In this document: piece after piece, positions 1-9,533 of the stretch
How the letters are laid out: each line of letters begins with the position of its first letter
How positions within the stretch are numbered: position 1 is the first letter of the stretch
DNA from: an uncultured Anaerolineales bacterium
GTDB lineage: Bacteria > Chloroflexota > Anaerolineae > UBA1429
NCBI GenBank assembly: GCA_964564195.1
Contig: CAZMAI010000004.1
Location: 1-41,159, forward strand
DNA: 41,159 nt
Direction: 5' to 3'
Made by a program: the position numbers and the translations under genes
Notes under the pieces: model-generated
Seen by the model: only the letters and a program-made list of their open reading frames with translations
Told to the model about the DNA's origin: nothing
Database searches by the model: none

Positions 1-839
1 GCCCACGCCCGGGATGCTCAGCAGGAGTCGCCAGGTAGTGGGATGAGCGGTACGAACGGCCCGGATCAAGGCATTTCGGATGATGCTGCTTTCCTGAACC
101 AGGTGCTGGAGTTGACGGATCTTGCTTTGCAGCACGGCCTCTCGCTGGCGGGTGGAGAAACCGATGGAGGCGCAGGCCGAATCGTAAAGAGACTGAGCCG
201 TAATCCGAGATCGTCTTCCGGAAGGCAGATCTGTGAAGGCGCCTCCAGTTGTGCAGGCGTGGCCTTGGCGATAGCGTGTGCGGAGGGGAAAGCCAGCAGG
301 AGCCCCAAGATGCGCTGGGAGAAGAGACTACTGGAGCCAGCTAGCTCGGGAAAGAGGGCGTGTACTTGTTGGCGGACCTGGGTTTTCAGGCGCGCCACTT
401 GCTGAGTGATCTGCTCGTACTCGGCGGCGAGCGCCTGGAGATCATCCCGTAACTCGCAGGGCTGCACGGTAGCAGGGGGCAACTGCGCGATAAAGTGAAG
501 AATGGTGCGTGCATCGATCGCATCAGTCTTGGTGCGGCGCAGGGACTGTGCACGGCGGAAACGGGTGATCAGTAGCGAATTGAGCTGCAAGACGCGGCCG
601 TTCCGCTGAAGGAGCCAGGACAGAAGAGGTTCTGTGTAAGGGCCAGAGGCCTCGAGGCCGAAGACGAAGGCCTCAGGGAAAGGCCCATAGGGCTCCAGGA
701 AGCGGATCAGGTCGGCGAGCCCTTCTCGGGAAAGGGAAAAGGCTCGCACGGCCTCAGTATCGCCGTCACCGACGGCCACGGCGATACTATCCTTGGCGAG
801 GTCGATACCGACGGGTGTTCGAGAGGTGTCCAGGTCCAT
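1..839 (-). pseudogene. IS110-family transposase (DEDD/RuvC-like N-domain plus IS110-type C-domain), apparently frameshifted near 236-244 and cut by the window edge
   Basis: Track ORF 66..890 (-). Likely start is ATG at 839 (MDLDTSRTPVGIDLAKDSIAVAV...). After ...ATPAQLEA the listed frame becomes Pro/Ser-rich junk and stops at 66. Hand translation of the neighbouring frame from ~240 down to base 1 gives FTDLPSGRRSRITAQSLYDSACASIGFSTRQREAVLQSKIRQLQHLVQESSIIRNALIRAVRTAHPTTWRLLLSIPGVG, a typical IS110 C-terminal region. Confidence 0.75.
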
Positions 840-864
840 GACAAGTCCTTTCTTTATGGTTCTC

Positions 865-1026
865 GGGCGGGGATGGAAGCCGGAAGACAACCTTCCCCCT
901 GGCCTCCTTCATAACACGGGCTCAAGGCCCAACCAACTAATCCAGAGTTGGAAGATCGGAGATACCCTCCTTGACGGACTCGATGGCCCACAACCCATGC
1001 CATCCTCCGATCTCCCATCCCCGCCC
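865..1026 (-). ncRNA. Candidate IS110-encoded structured guide RNA (bridge/seek-RNA-like) in the non-coding region upstream of the transposase
   Basis: A 12-bp closing stem (865-876 gggcggggatgg with 1015-1026 ccatccccgccc) encloses nested helices. These are 953-961/1005-1013 (9 bp), hairpin 982-987/999-1004, hairpin 933-938/946-951, hairpin 918-921/927-930 and hairpin 882-886/892-896. Position and size (~160 nt) match where IS110-group elements encode their guide RNA. Confidence 0.4.
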
Positions 1027-1074
1027 GAAACCAGGCTAGTAGATATCTACTCATATCTCTAGTAGGAGGAACCC

Positions 1075-2163
1075 ATGACGTCTGTCGAACAGCCTGCCGA
1101 ACAGCCCGCCCTCAACGAACTCCTGCGTCAAGCCGACGACGCCTACCATACGCTCGAACTCGACGCTGCGCTGGCGCATTACCAGCAAGCCGCCGCATTA
1201 GATCCCGCAGCATACGAGGCTCACCTCGGTGTAGCCCGGACGTTCACCCGCATGCGCCTCCGGGACCAGGCGCTGGAAGCCTGCAGTCGCTGCATCGATC
1301 TGGATCCAGCGCGCTTTGAGGCCTACGCCACCCGCGCGACACTGCACTTTCTCGCCGATGAACTCGACGAGGCCGAGGAGCAGGCGCGCGCCGCCCTCGA
1401 GAGGGCAGATCACGCCCACGAGTCGTGGCTCACGCTGGCGCAGATCTACTGCGACCGCCACGACTTTGGCAGGGCCGACGAGTACATCGACGAGGCTCGC
1501 CAGCGGGTCGAGGCGCTGCCCGCAGGCCAGGAGCGCGATGAACTGACGGCCATGACGTGGCACGTGCAGACCTACCGTCATCTGCTCGCCAACGAGGCCG
1601 ATGCCGCCCGAGAGGCCGCCCAGCGCGTGATCGAGATGGAGAGTGCCAGTCCCTACGCCGCCGCGCTGGCTTACTCCAACCTTGGAATCATGGAGACGCG
1701 GGCGCGCCACTATGACCAGGCCATCGTCTATCTGGAGCGCGCCTACAGCACCAATCCGCACTTTTATCGCGCCGCGGGGGCCCTGGGTCGGGTCTTGATT
1801 ATGCGCGGTCAACACGCGCGCGCCGCGGAGGTGCTCGAACCGGTCGTCGGTCGCGATGGCAGTGAGAACGGCGAGTCGCGCTATGCGCTGGCGGTGGCGT
1901 TGGCCAAGAGCGGGCGCCGCCCCGAGGCACGCACTCAGTATCGCCAGGCATTGGTAGAGGGCCTCAAGGGGTTCTCGCGGATCATGGCCTGGTGGCAGAT
2001 GGCCTGGCTGCAGGATGGCGTCAGATACGCACTGCTCGGAATCTGCGTCGCGGCGTTTGTGCTCTGGGTCGTCGCCGGACAACCCTCTCAGCAGGCCATT
2101 ACCCTCGTAGTGATGGTCGGCGTGCTGGTCGTCCTACAGCGGGTGTTTCCCAGACGCAAGTGA
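1075..2163 (+). CDS. Tetratricopeptide-repeat protein with C-terminal transmembrane helices
   Basis: 362-aa ORF with AGGAGGA RBS at 1064-1070. Repeated A/L/Y-rich TPR-like helices (AYHTLELDAALAHYQQAAALDP, AYEAHLGVARTF...). Two hydrophobic segments at the C-terminus (ALLGICVAAFVLWVVAG, LVVMVGVLVVL). Confidence 0.8.
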   Translation: MTSVEQPAEQPALNELLRQADDAYHTLELDAALAHYQQAAALDPAAYEAHLGVARTFTRMRLRDQALEACSRCIDLDPARFEAYATRATLHFLADELDEAEEQARAALERADHAHESWLTLAQIYCDRHDFGRADEYIDEARQRVEALPAGQERDELTAMTWHVQTYRHLLANEADAAREAAQRVIEMESASPYAAALAYSNLGIMETRARHYDQAIVYLERAYSTNPHFYRAAGALGRVLIMRGQHARAAEVLEPVVGRDGSENGESRYALAVALAKSGRRPEARTQYRQALVEGLKGFSRIMAWWQMAWLQDGVRYALLGICVAAFVLWVVAGQPSQQAITLVVMVGVLVVLQRVFPRRK

Positions 2164-2214
2164 CGGCGAGGAAAGCGGCATGTCCAGGACGAGTGTGTGG
2201 CAAGACGCCCACGC

Positions 2215-2243
2215 TTGTTCCGCCGGATTCCCCATGCTATGAT
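2215..2243 (+). promoter_or_regulatory. Sigma70-like promoter TTGTTC-17-TATGAT positioned for a leaderless transcript
   Basis: -35 TTGTTC at 2215-2220, 17-nt spacer, -10 TATGAT at 2238-2243 preceded by TGc (extended -10). The ATG at 2250 lies 7 nt after the -10 and has no Shine-Dalgarno. Confidence 0.4.
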
Positions 2244-2249
2244 CGGTCC

Positions 2250-3782
2250 ATGCTACGCTCAGGGAGTGCATCGGTGAGCATCGCCAGCATACTCTCCATT
2301 CCAGATCGCCTCGTAACCGCCCTGCAAAGCCCGGACAGGCGCATCAGGGTGCTGGCCATCATCCTGTTCTGCCTGGCGGTGGCATTGCCTGTGGGCGCCA
2401 TCATCGGTTTGCTGGGGGTTACTTTTGGAATTGCAGCGCTCATCGCGCTGGTGCTGGCTTACCTGATGATCCGCAGCCTCATGGTGGGGCTTGTGGTCCT
2501 CATTGGCGTGATCTTGTTGCTTCCCTTTGCTGCGCTTCCCATCGACATCGGGTTTTCTCCGACCTTTCTCGATCTGGCCCTGGGGGCAGTGTTCTTTGTA
2601 TGGATTTCACGTTTCGTTGCACACAAGGACCGTGAGTTCGTCGCCCATTCCCCCACCCTCCTGGTGCTGACCTTTGTGCTGCTGGCCGTGTTTTCCTTTA
2701 TCGCCGGCCTCAGCCATGCTCCCCTCACAGCGAACGTCCTGAGACACCTGCTCGAGATCCTGCTGAGCATCCTGTTGTTTATCCTGATCATCAATGCCGT
2801 GCGCACGCCGGGACAACTGCGAATTCTGGTGACGGTCATGATCATGGCCGGCGCCATCTCAGCTGCGATTGGCATTTTCCTGTACCTGCTGCCGGAGCAT
2901 CTGACAGTGCGACTGCTCTCGACGCTCAGCGTGGTTCGGTATCCGAGCGGCACCGAGGTGTTGCGCTACATCGAGGATGACCCTTCACGCGCCTTGCGTG
3001 CCACATCCACGTCGATTGACCCCAACGTGCTGGGGGGCGCCCTCATCTTTGTCACCTCAATCACAACGGCTCAGCTGTTCGCCGAGCGGCCACTGCTCTC
3101 CAGACGCTGGCTGGTGGTCAGTATCGTGCTCATGGGCGTCTGTCTCATTCTCACCTTCTCGCGGGGATCGTTCTTTGGTCTGGCAGTGGCCATCTTTGTT
3201 CTGGCACTGTTGCGTTACCCGAAACTGCTGTGGATCGGCCTGGTCGTGCTCATCGCCCTGTACTTTTTGCCTTTTACCCAGACCTATGTCGACCATTACC
3301 TCAGCGGGCTGCGCGGCGAGGATCTCGCGACTCAGATGCGCTTTGGTGAGTATAAAGATGCCCTGATCCTGATATCGCGCTACCCCTGGTTTGGCGTGGG
3401 TTTCTCGGGCACGCCCGATGTCGATACGTATCTGGGCGTGTCGAACGTCTACCTGCTGATCGCCGAGAACATGGGCGTCATCGGACTCCTGGCCTTTCTC
3501 GCGACGCTCATCACGCATCTTGCCGCCGGCGTCAGAGCCCTTCGTTCCCCTCGGACCCGAAACCGCGTCTCCGCGACCACGATCGGCCTCTACATCGCCG
3601 TAATCGGCGCCATGGCCGGCGGTCTGCTGGATCATTACCTGTTCAACCTCGTGTTTCCCCACGCCTCGTCCCTGCTGTGGCTGACCATGGGCCTTGGGGC
3701 GGCCAGTCTGCACATGGACCTCGCCGTTGCTGCACCGGCACGGGTAGAGCGCAGTCTCCTCGAAGAGTTGATTGACGCCTAA
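2250..3782 (+). CDS. O-antigen ligase/polymerase family (Wzy_C-like) polytopic membrane protein
   Basis: In-frame Met 87 of track ORF 1992..3782. The upstream part overlaps the TPR gene and is Arg-rich junk. There are at least 10 predicted TM helices. The ...LTFSRGSFFGLAVAIFVLALL... motif is typical of O-antigen ligase domains. Confidence 0.7.
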   Translation: MLRSGSASVSIASILSIPDRLVTALQSPDRRIRVLAIILFCLAVALPVGAIIGLLGVTFGIAALIALVLAYLMIRSLMVGLVVLIGVILLLPFAALPIDIGFSPTFLDLALGAVFFVWISRFVAHKDREFVAHSPTLLVLTFVLLAVFSFIAGLSHAPLTANVLRHLLEILLSILLFILIINAVRTPGQLRILVTVMIMAGAISAAIGIFLYLLPEHLTVRLLSTLSVVRYPSGTEVLRYIEDDPSRALRATSTSIDPNVLGGALIFVTSITTAQLFAERPLLSRRWLVVSIVLMGVCLILTFSRGSFFGLAVAIFVLALLRYPKLLWIGLVVLIALYFLPFTQTYVDHYLSGLRGEDLATQMRFGEYKDALILISRYPWFGVGFSGTPDVDTYLGVSNVYLLIAENMGVIGLLAFLATLITHLAAGVRALRSPRTRNRVSATTIGLYIAVIGAMAGGLLDHYLFNLVFPHASSLLWLTMGLGAASLHMDLAVAAPARVERSLLEELIDA

Positions 3783-3797
3783 AAGTCGCCCTGCGGT

Positions 3798-3826
3798 TTG
3801 GCTCAGAGCCCTACCGTCACTATAAT
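3798..3826 (+). promoter_or_regulatory. Sigma70-like promoter of the N-type ATPase operon (TTGGCT-17-TATAAT)
   Basis: -35 at 3798-3803, exact 17-nt spacer, consensus -10 at 3821-3826. AAGGAG RBS at 3866-3871 precedes the TTG start at 3878. Confidence 0.5.
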
Positions 3827-3844
3827 GACTGTGTCAGGTGCTGA

Positions 3845-5639
<1,795 letters not shown>

Positions 5640-5643
<4 letters not shown>

Positions 5644-5921
5644 CCATCGTGCCCTCCCTCGTCACGGGGCTAATCCTGGGCGCGCTGGCCATGTGGGCGC
5701 ATATGACGCTGCTGCGCGGCGCCATAGCCAGAGCAATCTCGGGTCCAACTGTCGATAACCGGGGCCACATTCTTCGCACGGCCCCTTTGCGGATCGCGAT
5801 CTGGCTACCTGTACTTTACTTGGTCGGCCGCATGGGGCTGGCCGCATGTCTGGGAGCGCTGGCCAGCATGCTGCTGATGCGCGCCCTGCTGGTTGGATGG
5901 ATGTTGCCTGATGTTGCCTAG
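5640..5921 (+). CDS. Small N-ATPase accessory membrane protein (AtpR/AtpQ-like)
   Basis: 93 aa. ATGA overlap with epsilon. Hydrophobic helices carry embedded Arg residues (LLRGAIARAI, LYLVGRMGLAACLG). It occupies the position between epsilon and the a subunit where N-ATPase operons carry atpQ/atpR. Confidence 0.6.
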
Positions 5922-5938
5922 CCACCAAGGACACGCCG

Positions 5939-6607
5939 GTGGGAATTGAGGGTGCCTTTCCCCAGGTGCTGTGGACGGTCGGCGGCGTGCCGATCAAAGA
6001 CTCGGTGTTCTTCACCTGGCTGATTATTGCCGTGCTGGTCGTATCCGGCGCGCTGGCCTATAGGAAATTCAGCGCAGAGAGGCCCGCCACCTGGCAACTG
6101 GCGATTGAATATGGCATGGAATATGTCGAGTCGCTGATCACAGACACGATCGGGCGAACATTGCCGCAGACCGTGCCCTATTTGGCAACCATGCTCCTGT
6201 ACATTGGTCTGGCAAACATTCTGGGGCTCTTTCCAGCGATGCGCTCGCCAACGCGAGACATCAATACGACCGCAGCCCTGTCCATCGTTTCGCTGATCTC
6301 GACGCAGTTCTATGGCGCGCAGCACAGGGGCATCAAGAAGCAGTTCCTGAGTGTGTTTGAACCGGTTGCGTTGATGTTTCCCCTGAACCTGATCAGCATC
6401 GTAAGCCGGGTGATGTCCATGGCCCTGCGTCTGTTCGGCAATGTCATTGCGGGAGAGATCGTTGGCTTGACCATCTTTTCGCTGGTGCCAGTGTTTGCTC
6501 CTTTGGTATTCTATCTGTTGTCCATGATCACAGGGCTGTTGCAGGCTCTCGTGTTCACGGTGCTGACCATCGCGTTCATCGCGGACGCCATGAAACTCGA
6601 CGAGTAG
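5939..6607 (+). CDS. atpB: N-type ATPase Fo a subunit
   Basis: 222 aa with GTG start. Stator arginine motif RLFGNVIAGE and multiple TM helices. Confidence 0.85.
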   Translation: MGIEGAFPQVLWTVGGVPIKDSVFFTWLIIAVLVVSGALAYRKFSAERPATWQLAIEYGMEYVESLITDTIGRTLPQTVPYLATMLLYIGLANILGLFPAMRSPTRDINTTAALSIVSLISTQFYGAQHRGIKKQFLSVFEPVALMFPLNLISIVSRVMSMALRLFGNVIAGEIVGLTIFSLVPVFAPLVFYLLSMITGLLQALVFTVLTIAFIADAMKLDE

Positions 6608-6644
6608 TGCGTGGCGCCCACCCAATCCAGAGAGGAATCGGTAT

Positions 6645-6917
6645 ATGCAGCCAGAACTAGCGCTTCAGTTTGCGAATGTGACGACGATCGTCGTCGGCGC
6701 AGCGATCGTCCTGGGCACGATCACTGCGGCCATCATGGAGGGGCGTGCCGTCAACCGCGCCTTTGATAACATGGCGCGGCAGCCCAGCGTCGCAGACAGA
6801 ATCCGGGGTCTGATTTTCGTCACCCTGGCACTCCTCGAGTCAACCGCCATCTATGTCCTGCTGATCTGTCTGATTCTCTTGTTTGCCAATCCATTTGCAG
6901 ACGCCTTTGGGTTTTAG
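6645..6917 (+). CDS. atpE: N-type ATPase Fo c subunit with Na+-type ion-site signature
   Basis: 90 aa helical hairpin with loop ARQPS. Residues E32, E65, S66, T67 and Y70 by direct count (…AAIMEGRAV…LALLESTAIYVLL…). Confidence 0.9.
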   Translation: MQPELALQFANVTTIVVGAAIVLGTITAAIMEGRAVNRAFDNMARQPSVADRIRGLIFVTLALLESTAIYVLLICLILLFANPFADAFGF

Positions 6918-6929
6918 GGAGGCGTATAG

Positions 6930-7709
6930 ATGCTGGATCTTGACTGGCGTACGCTTCTCTTCCAGATCCTGAACTTTGGCGTCATCGTGCTGATCCTGGC
7001 AAAGCTGGTGTTCCAGCCGCTGAGAAGCAAGCTGGCTGAACGCGGACAGACGATCAGCGATGCACTACAGGCGGCGCAGGATCAGGAGGCAGAGGCTGAG
7101 CGCCATCGCGCCCACTGGGAAGCCCGTCGCGCACAGGCCGAGGCCGACGGTGAAGAGATTATTCGCGCTGCAGAGGCACGTGCACAGGAACGTGCCGCTC
7201 AAATTCTTGGTGAGGCGCGAGAACAACTCGACCGCCTCACGGAAGAGATGCGCACCGATCTCGACCACGAGCGCGATGAAATCATCTCCCAGCACTATGA
7301 GGATATCCTGGAGGGAGTGATGGCGCTCTCAGCCAATATCGTCCGCTCCGTCACCACAAGGCGCACACACGACGACCTGGTGGCCAACTTTGTTGCTACC
7401 ATACTCAGGACGCCACCAGAGCGGGTCGAAGAGTATCGCTCGTCCATGGTTGGCCGTGTCCCTGCTGCCTTTGTCACGACACCCGTCGCGCTGTCACCTG
7501 ATCAGGCCAAGACCCTCGCCGACGCCCTGTCCTCCCTGCTCGACCGCAGGGTGGAGGTTCGCGAAGCCGTTGACCCCAGTATCATTGCCGGCATCCAGGT
7601 ACGCATTGCGGACCAACTGATGGAGAACAGCATACGGCAGCAGTTGGTACAGATCAGAGATGCCGTGCGCGTCGATTTTGTATCCAAACAGGGCCTGAAC
7701 AGCCAATGA
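6930..7709 (+). CDS. atpF: N-type ATPase b subunit fused to a delta/OSCP C-terminal-like domain
   Basis: 259 aa. N-terminal TM (LLFQILNFGVIVLILAKLVF) followed by a long charged coiled coil. The C-terminal ~80 aa (AFVTTPVALSPDQAKTLADALSSLLDRRVEVREAVDPSIIAGIQVRIADQLMENSIRQQL) follow the delta C-domain pattern. Confidence 0.8.
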   Translation: MLDLDWRTLLFQILNFGVIVLILAKLVFQPLRSKLAERGQTISDALQAAQDQEAEAERHRAHWEARRAQAEADGEEIIRAAEARAQERAAQILGEAREQLDRLTEEMRTDLDHERDEIISQHYEDILEGVMALSANIVRSVTTRRTHDDLVANFVATILRTPPERVEEYRSSMVGRVPAAFVTTPVALSPDQAKTLADALSSLLDRRVEVREAVDPSIIAGIQVRIADQLMENSIRQQLVQIRDAVRVDFVSKQGLNSQ

Positions 7710-9532
7710 CCGATCAACGCGAACACACGGAGCAGCCGTTACAGCAAGGGCAATCTACAGGCCAAGAAGATGATGGGCTGACTCTCGCCGATGCCATCTT
7801 GAGCGGCCACGGCGCCACAACTAGCCCTGGTCCGAACATCGCGGGTCCTTTGGCCGCGCTCCTGGATTCCGTGGCAACCATCTGCGGGGGCGAGCGCGCG
7901 CCAATCCGGGTCAGGGACATGGACATCATGCCGCGAACCAGTCTCACGAGCATCCCGCTCTGGGGGGTCACCGAGGGGGCTCGGCTGAGCGTTGGCTCTG
8001 GTTTCTTTGAGCGCCTGCACCGCAATTCGGCACAGACGGTTCAGAATCTACTGGGAACTGTCACCACGGTCAGCGCGGGATCGCGGGCGGGGCTTCAGAT
8101 CCAGCCGGTGGGCACGGTCAAGCAGGTGGGAGAGGGCGTGGCCTCCGTCTGGGGGCTTCCACAAGCCACCACCGATGAGTTGCTGCTCTTTCCAAACTCG
8201 GTGCTCGGTCTCGTCATGAATCTCGACGCGAACCAGGCCGACTGCATCCTGCTGGGGCCCGCGGAGGGCATCCAGGGCGGCGATATCGTTTGGGCGACGG
8301 CGCAGCGCGCGACGGTGCCCGTGGGAGAGAGGTTGCTTGGCCGCATCATCAGTCCTCTGGGGATTCCTCTCGATGGCAGGGGCCCCTTGTATATTGAGGA
8401 GCGCCGGCTGATCGAGAGTGAAGCCGTAGGCGTAGTGGATCGCGAACCGGTTTCTGTGCCCCTGCACACGGGAGTCAAGGCTGTTGACGCCATGATCCCG
8501 ATCGGCCGCGGTCAGCGCGAGCTCATCATCGGCGACCGACAGACTGGCAAGACGGCCATTGCTCTGGATGCCATCATCAGTCAGAGAGACACAGAGGTCA
8601 TCTGCGTCTATGTCTGCATCGGACAGCGAGCCAGCTCTGTACTGCAAGCGGTACGCATCCTTGAGGAAGCAGGCGCCATGGATCATACGATCATCGTCGT
8701 GGCAGCACCGGATGATCCTCCTGCCTTGCTCTACCTCGCCCCGTACGCAGGTGTGGCCATTGCCGAGTCGTTTATGGACGAGGGACACGACGTCCTGATC
8801 GTCTATGACGACCTTACCAAACACGCCGACGCCTATCGTGAGATATCGCTGCTGTTGCGTCGCCCTCCGGGCCGTGAAGCCTACCCCGGAGATGTCTTTT
8901 ATCTGCACTCGCGCCTGTTGGAGCGCGCCTGTCGGCGAAACGAGGAGGCTGGCGGGGGCAGCATCACGGCTTTGCCGATAGTAGAGACGCGTCGTGGCAA
9001 CATCTCCGCGTATATCCCGACTAACCTGATCTCGATCACCGATGGCCAAATCTACCTCGACCCTGACCTCTTTAACCAGGGATCCAAGCCCGCTATCGAT
9101 ATTGGCCAGTCGGTCTCGCGCGTCGGCGGGTCGGCACAGACGCAGGCTATGCGTCGTGTCAGCGGTCAGCTCCGTTTGACGCTCTCGCAATACGAGGAAG
9201 TGGCGCACTTTTCACGATTTGGCACCGAGATCGATAGGGCCACGCGCCAGCAATTGGTGCGAGGTGAACGGCTCAGGCGCGTGTTGCGCCAGCTGCCCTA
9301 TGAGCCTCTGCCCCTCGCTCGCGAGATCGTGATACTGCTGGCTGTTGATTTGGGCTACCTCGACGAAGTGGACGTCGAGGACATCGAGCGTTACGAGGCC
9401 GGCCTCTGGACGCATATAGAGCGTACCGCTGCCCGCGCGCTGCGATCGATCACTGAAGAGCCCCGCTTGAGCTCGTCCTCCGAGCAGGAATTGCGCCAGG
9501 CGATCGAGACCTACACAAAGCAGTTCTCCTGA
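7706..9532 (+). CDS. atpA: N-type ATPase alpha subunit with ~100-aa N-terminal extension
   Basis: 608 aa. ATGA overlap with the b subunit stop. Walker A GDRQTGKTAIA. The beta-barrel start VGTVKQVGEGV is at residue ~135, against ~35 in the F-type paralogue in this window. Confidence 0.85.
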   Translation: MTDQREHTEQPLQQGQSTGQEDDGLTLADAILSGHGATTSPGPNIAGPLAALLDSVATICGGERAPIRVRDMDIMPRTSLTSIPLWGVTEGARLSVGSGFFERLHRNSAQTVQNLLGTVTTVSAGSRAGLQIQPVGTVKQVGEGVASVWGLPQATTDELLLFPNSVLGLVMNLDANQADCILLGPAEGIQGGDIVWATAQRATVPVGERLLGRIISPLGIPLDGRGPLYIEERRLIESEAVGVVDREPVSVPLHTGVKAVDAMIPIGRGQRELIIGDRQTGKTAIALDAIISQRDTEVICVYVCIGQRASSVLQAVRILEEAGAMDHTIIVVAAPDDPPALLYLAPYAGVAIAESFMDEGHDVLIVYDDLTKHADAYREISLLLRRPPGREAYPGDVFYLHSRLLERACRRNEEAGGGSITALPIVETRRGNISAYIPTNLISITDGQIYLDPDLFNQGSKPAIDIGQSVSRVGGSAQTQAMRRVSGQLRLTLSQYEEVAHFSRFGTEIDRATRQQLVRGERLRRVLRQLPYEPLPLAREIVILLAVDLGYLDEVDVEDIERYEAGLWTHIERTAARALRSITEEPRLSSSSEQELRQAIETYTKQFS

Positions 9533-9533
9533 C

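Larger units (their letters stand above)
1..1035 (-). mobile_element. IS110-family insertion sequence, partial (continues beyond left window edge; right boundary approximate)
   Basis: Contains an IS110-type transposase gene plus a ~190-nt highly structured non-coding region upstream of it. The family lacks classical terminal inverted repeats. The end (somewhere in 1027-1060) is inferred from where the structured region stops and an AT-rich palindromic junction begins. Confidence 0.7.

Noticed and set aside
225-250. Programmed ribosomal frameshift in the IS110 transposase
   Set aside because: IS110-family transposases are not known to use programmed frameshifting, and no slippery heptamer is visible at the junction. 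A mutation or sequencing error is more likely.
43-405. 120-aa plus-strand ORF at the left edge
   Set aside because: It is antisense to the C-terminal region of the IS110 transposase, which translates convincingly on the minus strand.
1198-2082. 294-aa minus-strand ORF inside the TPR gene. Similar cases are 5918..6625 (-), 11461..12228 (-), 3057..3713 (-), 33043..33870 (+) and 20516..21190 (-).
   Set aside because: Each is antisense or out of frame relative to a well-supported gene and has no recognisable domain. They are treated as non-coding.
1992-2249. N-terminal extensions of track ORFs (1992-2249, 11260-11484, 15559-15615, 27186-27425, 28648-28707, 30126-30185, 35806-35937, 36038-36151, 36636-36677, 37381-37434)
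   Set aside because: The extensions overlap upstream genes or promoters, are Arg-rich, and precede an internal Met that has a good RBS and begins the conserved family N-terminus. The shorter starts were used instead.
8048-9208. 386-aa ORF on the minus strand inside the N-type alpha gene
   Set aside because: It lies entirely antisense to a strongly conserved alpha subunit. Its composition is Arg/Asp/His/Gly-rich with no motifs. This is the typical mirror-frame ORF of GC-rich DNA.
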